This document shows, piece after piece, positions 1 through 6,728 of a stretch of DNA of 64,000 bases (position 1 is the first letter of the stretch; every line of letters starts with the position of its first letter). A model generated the notes under the pieces. That model was given only the letters and a program-made list of their open reading frames with translations, searched no databases and had not been told where the DNA came from. The translations under genes and the position numbers were made by a program. Origin of the DNA: Longimicrobiales bacterium (GTDB lineage Bacteria > Gemmatimonadota > Gemmatimonadetes > Longimicrobiales > Gaopeijiaceae); assembly GCA_965202985.1 (NCBI GenBank), contig CBDBCF010000002.1, forward strand, positions 288,001 to 352,000, written 5' to 3'.

Positions 1-18
1 GGTGCCAGAAGCGTTCAT
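1..18 (-). CDS. Probable 5' end of a gene running off the left edge (MNASGT...)
   Basis: ATG at 18-16 preceded on the minus strand by an AGGAGG RBS; only 6 codons visible. Confidence 0.4.
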
Positions 19-165
19 GACGCAGTCGCCTCCTGGACACTCTGCACGGGCCAGAGGCACCCTCGGAGATGGATAAGGAAAGCCGAGACGTGACTTGCGG
101 TAGAGGTGCTTCGATTGGACTCGGTTATTTTCTAAGCAAGCGGTCTCGCGACTGACCAGCTCGGT

Positions 166-2463
166 CTACGGCTTGCGGGCCCGTTCTGCCGAGCGCCCGA
201 ACGATTGTGCGACTTGGCCGGACACTCGGAAGCGGCGTTCGACGAAGCCCTGCCAGCCGTCGGGTTGGGCGTTGAAGACGTTGCCCACTCCGGCGATCAG
301 GGAGAAGCGCCCGTCGCCGATCTCCAGGGCCGCGCTCAGGTCCAGGGCCGCGAACCGACCTTGGGTGCCTACGCGGGCGGGCGCGCCGTCCGGGCCGACG
401 CCGACGATCGGGGCTTGACCGGTGACGTGGCCCGTGGCGTCCAGACGGAGCCGCCCGGCGGTCCAGCTGGCGCGAGCGCGGGCCGAGTGCTTGGCCTGTC
501 GGTCCAGTGGGAGGTCGGGTCGAAGGGAGCGGGCGTCCAGGAAGGCGTAGGCGGCGACGATCTCGCCACCACCTTCGTGAACGGCCCGCAGGTCGAGCTC
601 GAAGCCTCGGGTGACGGCGTCCGCCACGTTGCGGGGCGAGTAGATCGCCAGCCCGCTGGGTGCGTATCCCACGAACCCGGACTCGATCAGATTGCGGACC
701 CGGTTGGCGAATAGTTCGACGCCGGCGCGAACGCCGGTGCGCGGGCGCCACTCCACGCCCCCCGAGGCGTTCCACGAGCGCTCGGGTTCCAGGTCGGCGA
801 AGCCCTGAAGCACGTAGCCGCCGCCCAGGTTCACGAAGTTCCAAGCAAGCTCCTTGAACGACGGCGCCCGGAAGCCGCGAGCCACGGCGCCCCGCACACG
901 GACCCGATCCCCAATCGCGAAGACGGCCCCCAGGGAGGGGGATACGGTGGACCCCCAGCGGCTGTTCCGGGTAATCCGCGCACCCGCCGTCAGCACCGTG
1001 GCCGCGCCGGGTGCGTGGTTGCCGGGCACGGCCGAGTCGCCCAGGCCGCCCGAGCCCCTTGAGCCGTCCGAGCCCCCCGAGGCGCCCAGGCCCCCCAGCC
1101 GCCAGGCGTCCTGTACGTACAGCTCCACTTGCCGGTCCTCCGCGCGGTCCTCCAGCAGCTTCTCGGGCGAGCGGATCCCCCGAAGCGCGCCCTCCACGCC
1201 CACGTCGAAGCGGTGACGGCCCCACGTTGCCGAGTAGGCCGCGGTCGCCTTGGCCAAGCGCTCCTGCTGCTCGGGGGCGCCGCTTCCCTCGATCGGCGCG
1301 CTTCCTCGGGCGCTCCGGTACAGGTGGTCGTAGTCGTGAGCGAAGATGCGTCCGATCCACTCTCCCCGTCCCGCTTGACGTCGGGCCTCGACCCAGCCGG
1401 ACACACCGGCGTTGTCGTTGAAGCCGGAGAAGCCGCCGCCCACAGGCCAGCGCTGCCGTTCGCGGAGGAAGCTCGCGTCGCCGCGCACCACCCACCTTCG
1501 GGTCGCGAACCGCAGGCTCGACCGAAGGTCCCACACTCGGGCGAAGGCCGTCTCCCGGTCCGCGACCCCCGGCACCCGGTCCTCTTGCCTCCAGCTCCCG
1601 CTGACCCGGTAGACCAAGCTGCTGCCGGAACTCAACCGCCCGCCCCCGCTCGCGCTCGCTTCCGCCCCGCGCCGGCCCGCGCCTCCCGACGACGCCCGTG
1701 CCTCCACCCGAAAGCCCGGCGCCGGCGTGCGGGTCACGATGTTCACCACGCCTCCCACGGCGTCGGAGCCGTAAAGCGACGACAGGGGACCCTTCACCAC
1801 TTCGATCCGGTCCACGCCGGTCATCGACGCGCGGCTCAAGTCCTGGTTCTCGATCAGCGCACCTCCGGCCGGCTGTCCGTCCAGCAGCACCAGCACCCGC
1901 GGCCCGCCGATCCCCCGGATCGAGATGCGGGAGCCCGTGGGAACCCCCCTGCCGACTTGCACGCCCGGCATCCGCGCCAGAAGGCGGTCGGCGGAAGCGG
2001 CCCCGGCGGCGCGTATCTCGGCGGGACCGACGCTAGCCACATGGAGGGCGACTTCGGACCGACGCCGGGGGCGTCCATCGGCGGTGACGACGACCTCTTC
2101 CAGCGCCAGGGGGTCGCGAACAAGGGCGATCTGCCACCCCGCCAGCGCCGCGTCGTCCCAGGGCACGGTCCGGGTTCGGTAGCCCAGGGCCGACACCTCC
2201 ACGGCGCCGCCGGGTCCCCACGGCGTCTCCGACTCGAACCAGCCGCCTTCGCCCGCGAGCACTTCGACCGAGCGCGCCCCGCCGTCCGCCGTCCACGCCA
2301 CCAGGCCGCCGACAACGGGCGCGCCCGTCTCCGCGTCCGTCACCTGTCCGCGGACTTCCGCCGCCATCCCGCGCCGCTGCTCGAGGCCGTGGACCGGCGC
2401 GACGGCAACGACCGCCCAAGCTGCAACCCCGATCCCGGCCCCGACCCAGCGTCCGGCCTTCAC
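166..2463 (-). CDS. TonB-dependent outer membrane receptor (haem/cobalamin-like class) with N-terminal carboxypeptidase-regulatory-like domain
   Basis: GTG start overlapping the HmuY stop (GTGA); VRGQVTDAETGAPV domain; LEEVVVTA TonB-box region; plug motifs ISIRG, LVLLDG, RIEVVKGPLSSLYGSDAVGGVVNIVT; barrel motif GFRAPSFKEL...LEPE. Confidence 0.93.
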   Translation of the reverse strand: MKAGRWVGAGIGVAAWAVVAVAPVHGLEQRRGMAAEVRGQVTDAETGAPVVGGLVAWTADGGARSVEVLAGEGGWFESETPWGPGGAVEVSALGYRTRTVPWDDAALAGWQIALVRDPLALEEVVVTADGRPRRRSEVALHVASVGPAEIRAAGAASADRLLARMPGVQVGRGVPTGSRISIRGIGGPRVLVLLDGQPAGGALIENQDLSRASMTGVDRIEVVKGPLSSLYGSDAVGGVVNIVTRTPAPGFRVEARASSGGAGRRGAEASASGGGRLSSGSSLVYRVSGSWRQEDRVPGVADRETAFARVWDLRSSLRFATRRWVVRGDASFLRERQRWPVGGGFSGFNDNAGVSGWVEARRQAGRGEWIGRIFAHDYDHLYRSARGSAPIEGSGAPEQQERLAKATAAYSATWGRHRFDVGVEGALRGIRSPEKLLEDRAEDRQVELYVQDAWRLGGLGASGGSDGSRGSGGLGDSAVPGNHAPGAATVLTAGARITRNSRWGSTVSPSLGAVFAIGDRVRVRGAVARGFRAPSFKELAWNFVNLGGGYVLQGFADLEPERSWNASGGVEWRPRTGVRAGVELFANRVRNLIESGFVGYAPSGLAIYSPRNVADAVTRGFELDLRAVHEGGGEIVAAYAFLDARSLRPDLPLDRQAKHSARARASWTAGRLRLDATGHVTGQAPIVGVGPDGAPARVGTQGRFAALDLSAALEIGDGRFSLIAGVGNVFNAQPDGWQGFVERRFRVSGQVAQSFGRSAERARKP

Positions 2464-3542
2464 CGGAGCCGCAGGAACCTCACGGTGGGGAAGCCCGACG
2501 CGCCGTCGGCGGAGTAGTAGCTGGTGATTTGGACCTTGTAGACCTGCTGGCCGTCCCGCACCAGGAAGACGTTGTAGGTCGGCCACATCCGATTGCCGCC
2601 CTCGATGTTGTACCAGAAGGTTCCGCTGGCGTCGCTCACGGCCGCGGGGAACGCCCCGCCGACGGCCGACAGGAAGCCTCCGTACTTGGGCGCGTCGGCG
2701 GCGGTGGTCAGGGCCGCGAAGTCGTCGTCGGCGGCCAGGGGGAACGTTCCGCCGTCGCAATCGGCGTTCACCTCGATCTCCAGGGCGGGCGTCGCTCCAA
2801 GGTCCCACGCGCAGGCGTTCTGGCCCTGCACCTCGCCGGCTCCGAGCGCCCGGCCGTTCGCGAGAGCGACGTAAGCCGGCCCCCGCGTCAGGTCCAGCGC
2901 CACGGTTTCGGCCTCGCCCAAAGCGCCGCCCGGGTCCTGCCGCCGATACTCCACGACAAGGCCGACGGGCCGCTGCCCCTGCATCGTCAGCTCGCTCACC
3001 CGGAAGACGGCGTGACCCCGGCCCGAGCCCTCTTGCACCTTCCACGCCGCGCCGGGGTTCGCCACGACGGTGCCCGCCCGCCCGTCGAACCGGAACCAGC
3101 TGGCGCCGGGGTCGGGCACCACGTCGTCCTCGACGAAGGTCGCGCCGGCGATGTCGTCCGCCGTGACGGCCTGGAACGCGCTCTCGCCGTCGGCCGCGTC
3201 CAGAGCCGCCACCTGCTCCTGGGTCAGCGCGGCGTTGTTGCGCAGGTTGGCGCCGGCCACCGACCCCGCTCCGCTGACGCCGCCGTTGAGGCGCACGGCG
3301 AAGCGCTGGAAGCTCATGTGCCAAGCCGTCGAGGCAGCGTCGGGGGAAGTCACGACCGTTCCCCCGTCGGCCAGGCTCAGGTAGGCGGGGGCGCGGTGCG
3401 AAGAGGCGTCGACCGTGATCGTGCCTTCCTCGAAGACATCGTCGGGCGGCGCCACGGTGTCCTCGCAGGCGGCGGGAACGAGGGAAAGGATCGTCGCGGC
3501 GGTCGCGGCCGCGAAGGACGGGTACTGGAAGCGATTGCGCAT
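2460..3542 (-). CDS. HmuY-family haem-binding lipoprotein, probably two HmuY-like domains
   Basis: Lipobox-like VPAAC; TVDAS..AYLSL, WHMSFQRFAVRLNGGVSG, WYN...PTYNVFLVR..VYKVQITSYY...SGFPTVRF are typical HmuY motifs; adjacent to TonB receptor. Confidence 0.82.
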   Translation of the reverse strand: MRNRFQYPSFAAATAATILSLVPAACEDTVAPPDDVFEEGTITVDASSHRAPAYLSLADGGTVVTSPDAASTAWHMSFQRFAVRLNGGVSGAGSVAGANLRNNAALTQEQVAALDAADGESAFQAVTADDIAGATFVEDDVVPDPGASWFRFDGRAGTVVANPGAAWKVQEGSGRGHAVFRVSELTMQGQRPVGLVVEYRRQDPGGALGEAETVALDLTRGPAYVALANGRALGAGEVQGQNACAWDLGATPALEIEVNADCDGGTFPLAADDDFAALTTAADAPKYGGFLSAVGGAFPAAVSDASGTFWYNIEGGNRMWPTYNVFLVRDGQQVYKVQITSYYSADGASGFPTVRFLRLR

Positions 3543-3562
3543 GACTGGAAGAATCCTCGAGT

Positions 3563-4660
3563 TCAGAAGGATGCAGGTTCGCGCCCTCGTGCCGGATTGG
3601 CCGAAAGGGCGCAGGAAGCGAGGGGCGACGGCAGGCCAGCGGCGCAGAAGCGACTCGTGGCCCGTTCGGCGACCCACTCGGTGATCAGGGGATGGGGAAG
3701 GAGGGCGGGACCGCTTTCGTAGGCGAGTCCCTCCAGCACGTCCGCGTAGGGGCCGAAGCCGTAGAGACGGTACGGCAGCACGACGACCCGACCGTGCCGG
3801 CGCCGCATCTCCTCGACGGCCGCCCGGATGTCGTCCTCGGCCACTGCCCGGGCCTCCGCCCAGTCCTCGCGAAGTGTGGCCGTCCGCACCTCCGGGTGCC
3901 CGGTGGTCCGCAGCTCCTGCGCGCTGCGCTCCATCAGGGCCAGCAGCCGGTCGTTCTCGTCCTCGGCGCCCATGCCGTGGGCCACCAGAAGCACGCCGGC
4001 GTCCCGTTCGGGGGCCGCCGCCGCCGCCCGCCCCGCCATGATGCCGCCGGCCGCGCGGGAGCCCGCCAAGCCGTCCGGGTCAAGCAGTATCCTCGCCTCC
4101 GTGGTCAGAGGCCGAAGGTCGGCGCCGTCGGTCATGCGATGTCCGATCATGCCCCAGGACGGGGGATCGGAGCGCAGGCCGAAGAGGTACTCGGTCTGGT
4201 GCAGGAAGGAAGCGCCGGACAGGAAGAGTCGGACGACGGCCACGTCGCGCGCCCCATGCGCCGCAAGGCTGTCCAGCCCCGCCTGCAGCGTGCGCGGGTC
4301 CGCCATTCCAAGCGCCAGGACAAGGGGGATGCGGTCTCGGAGCGGAGCGACGGCCTGGGCGACGGCGGCGTTCCATTCGGCCCCGCCGCCGTGCGCCATG
4401 ACGAGGACGCCGGTCGAGTGGGCGGCGACTGGGTTCGCCGGGGAATCGCCGGTATCGGGTGAGTCGGCCGTGATGGGGGAGTCGCCCGGGGCGGGGAAGT
4501 CGCCTGCCGCAGGGAGCGGCTCGGGGACGGGCGCACCGACGCCGGCGCACGCCGACAGCGCTGCAAAGGCCGCGAAGCACGGGGCGAGCACGAGGGCGGC
4601 GCGCCCGCGGCGGGCGGGTCGGATCGGCTCCGGCATCGGTGGTGGCTCCTTCTCCTGCAT
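3563..4660 (-). CDS. CbiX/SirB-type chelatase-like protein with predicted lipoprotein signal (alternative start 4636)
   Basis: Two repeated domains GVLVMAHGG and GVLLVAHGM; VVRLFLSG and VLPYRL..LLPHP motifs of CbiX family; signal peptide ending LSAC. Confidence 0.75.
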   Translation of the reverse strand: MQEKEPPPMPEPIRPARRGRAALVLAPCFAAFAALSACAGVGAPVPEPLPAAGDFPAPGDSPITADSPDTGDSPANPVAAHSTGVLVMAHGGGAEWNAAVAQAVAPLRDRIPLVLALGMADPRTLQAGLDSLAAHGARDVAVVRLFLSGASFLHQTEYLFGLRSDPPSWGMIGHRMTDGADLRPLTTEARILLDPDGLAGSRAAGGIMAGRAAAAAPERDAGVLLVAHGMGAEDENDRLLALMERSAQELRTTGHPEVRTATLREDWAEARAVAEDDIRAAVEEMRRRHGRVVVLPYRLYGFGPYADVLEGLAYESGPALLPHPLITEWVAERATSRFCAAGLPSPLASCALSANPARGREPASF

Positions 4661-4681
4661 CGTCGATGATCTCCTTGATGA

Positions 4682-4702
4682 AAATGAGAAGCGTTCTCAT
4701 TT
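4682..4702. promoter_or_regulatory. Fur-box-like operator AAATGAGAA-GCG-TTCTCATTT
   Basis: Perfect 9-3-9 AT-rich inverted repeat resembling the 7-1-7 TGA(T/G)AATnATT(A/C)TCA Fur motif, directly upstream of the haem uptake operon. Confidence 0.75.
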
Positions 4703-4816
4703 AGCGCGAAACGCGCCGGAGTATGGACGAACACGGAGAAGAGGTCAACCCCGGACCGTCGGTCCCCTCGGCTGCCCCCCGTTGACAGGCCGGGCCGCCG
4801 GGCGATTCTTCCAGTC

Positions 4817-5686
4817 ATGGCCTTGACTCTTGCTTACCTGGGACCGGAGGGGACGTACAGCGAGCAAGCGGCGCTGGGGTACGGTCCGCGGGCTCGGCGG
4901 GTGCCGTTCGGAAGCATTCCGGCGGCGATCCGGGCGGCGGAGGGCGGGGAGGCGGACGAGGCGGTCGTGCCGATCGAGAACAGCTTGGAGGGCGCCGTCA
5001 CCTCGACGACCGACCTGCTGATCCACGAGACGGCGCTCAAGATCAAGCGCGAGATCGTCGTCCCGATCCGCCATTGCCTGGTCCTGCCGCCGGGCGCCGA
5101 CGCGGCCCAGGTCGCCGTGATCTTCTCCCACCCCCAAGCGACGGCGCAGTGCCGCGGCTACTTGGGACGGCGCTTCCCGGACGCGGGGCTCTCGGCGTCG
5201 CTCAGCACCGCCGCGGCCGTGGGGGACATGTTGGTGAGCAAGCGCCCCGCCGCGGCCGTCTCCAGCCGTCGCGCGGCCGAACTGTTCGGCGGCGAAGTCG
5301 TCGCGAGCGGGATCGAGGACGCCGCGAACAACCAGACCCGGTTCGTGGTCCTGGGCGCCGACGACGCCCCGCCCACGGGCCGCGACAAGACGTCCGTCTG
5401 CTTCGACTTCAGCCACGACGGCCCCGGCATCCTCCACAACGCCCTAGGCGCGCTGGCGTCGCGCGAGATCAACATGCTCAAGATCGAGTCCCGCCCCGAC
5501 AAGCGAAGCCCCGGCCGCTACTACTTCCTGCTGGACGTGGAGGGCCACCGCACCGACCCCGCCGTCCGCGACGCCCTTGCGGACATTGCCCGGCCCGCCG
5601 CGTCGTTCAAGGTTCTAGGCTCGTATCCCAGGGCGGACCGAGAGGGGGACAGGGACAAGGCCGCTGTTGAACGACGACCAAGATGA
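4817..5686 (+). CDS. pheA: Prephenate dehydratase with C-terminal ACT domain
   Basis: AYLGPEGTYSEQAA, VVPIENSLEG, SHPQA..QC, NQTRF, PGIL, KIESRP motifs. Confidence 0.96.
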   Translation: MALTLAYLGPEGTYSEQAALGYGPRARRVPFGSIPAAIRAAEGGEADEAVVPIENSLEGAVTSTTDLLIHETALKIKREIVVPIRHCLVLPPGADAAQVAVIFSHPQATAQCRGYLGRRFPDAGLSASLSTAAAVGDMLVSKRPAAAVSSRRAAELFGGEVVASGIEDAANNQTRFVVLGADDAPPTGRDKTSVCFDFSHDGPGILHNALGALASREINMLKIESRPDKRSPGRYYFLLDVEGHRTDPAVRDALADIARPAASFKVLGSYPRADREGDRDKAAVERRPR

Positions 5687-5995
5687 GACGGTAGTGACAA
5701 CCAGATGAGACCGTCGGAGGCGGCTGTGATCCGAGGTCGAGGGTTCGCGTGCGGGCTTGGTCCTGTCGTTCGGAGTCGATCGTCGGTGATCGTGGAGAGG
5801 GTCCAGCTACATCAGCCTGCCCGAATGAGGAGGAGTGCTGATGGCCAGCTGGCACGTGAAATGATGGCCAGGTGAGGTAGTACATCGGACCCGATCGGAC
5901 CGACCGCTCCCGCGTGGACAACGTTGTTCCCAATCGGTTGGCGACTACGAGTGCGCAGCCAAGCTTGAACGACGCTGTCCCCCACGGCTGCAACC

Positions 5996-6024
5996 TTGAC
6001 GCACAGACGAAATCCCACTTTAAT
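5996..6024 (+). promoter_or_regulatory. Sigma70-type promoter for the small ORF at 6079
   Basis: TTGACG (5996-6001), 17 bp spacer, TTTAAT (6019-6024); AAGGAG RBS at 6061-6066. Confidence 0.6.
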
Positions 6025-6078
6025 GTGCGACTATTTGTAGGCAACCAACCACATTCTCGAAAGGAGTCCAAGATCACC

Positions 6079-6315
6079 ATGAGCAGACTCGCCAAGAAAC
6101 CCGTCGCCCCGATCGTCGAGATCCTCCTACAGATCAAAGAAGGCCAGCGCCCCACGCAGGGAGACGCCCTGGAAGAGGCGATCGCACGTAGGTGCGTCAC
6201 GGAGCGGATTTCCGAGCCACCGCTTGATCCGGATGTTCCTCCCCCGCCTCCCGTGTACGCACTTACGGGCAAGGGCGAGGAGTACCTAGCGCAACAGGAA
6301 GACGCCAACCAGTAG
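6079..6315 (+). CDS. 78 aa hypothetical protein, winged-helix-like
   Basis: RBS and promoter upstream; IVEILLQI helix and YALTGKGEEYL wing motif (YxLTxKGxxxL); second decayed copy downstream. Confidence 0.6.
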   Translation: MSRLAKKPVAPIVEILLQIKEGQRPTQGDALEEAIARRCVTERISEPPLDPDVPPPPPVYALTGKGEEYLAQQEDANQ

Positions 6316-6343
6316 GAGACGATAAGAAGACGAGTGCGGAGGC

Positions 6344-6445
6344 CGCTCAACGAAGGCCGGTGCCTCGACCCCGGTGCCACTGCCGACTTCTTCGCTGGGC
6401 TGGGTGGAGCACGGCACGGTCTATCCCCGCACACACGGGGAAGCC
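6344..6445 (-). CRISPR. Hybrid mini-array: degenerate I-G repeat (6344-6380), 36 nt spacer (6381-6416), type I-E-like 29 bp repeat (6417-6445)
   Basis: CGCTCAACGAAGGCCGGTGCCTCGACCCCGGTGCCAC differs from the array consensus at 4 positions; minus strand of 6417-6445 reads GGCTTCCCCGTGTGTGCGGGGATAGACCG, closely resembling the I-E repeat GTGTTCCCCGCGCCAGCGGGGATAAACCG. Confidence 0.8.
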
Positions 6446-6489
6446 CCCGTCCGTCAGGCGTCCGGCCGACGACGACGGCGCGACGAACC

Positions 6490-6697
6490 GCCCCGATCAT
6501 CGAGATCCTGCGGACAGATCAAAAACGGCCAGCGCTCCACGCAAGGGGATGCCCTGGAAGGGGCAATCGCACGCTGGTACGTCACGGAGTGGACTCCCGA
6601 TCAACCGCTTGATCCAGGTGTCCCTACCCAGCCTCCCATGTACGCACTTACGGGCAAGGGCGACGAGTGCCTAGCGCAACAGGAAGACGCCAACTAG
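6490..6697 (+). pseudogene. Decayed second copy of the 78 aa winged-helix-like ORF
   Basis: Start and RBS missing; +1 frameshift near 6511 (GATCCTGCGGACAGATC vs GATCCTCCTACAGATC); reads QIKNGQRSTQGDALEGAIAR...YALTGKGDECLAQQEDAN. Confidence 0.8.
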
Positions 6698-6728
6698 TAG
6701 GAGACGACAAGAAAACGAGTGCGCAGGC

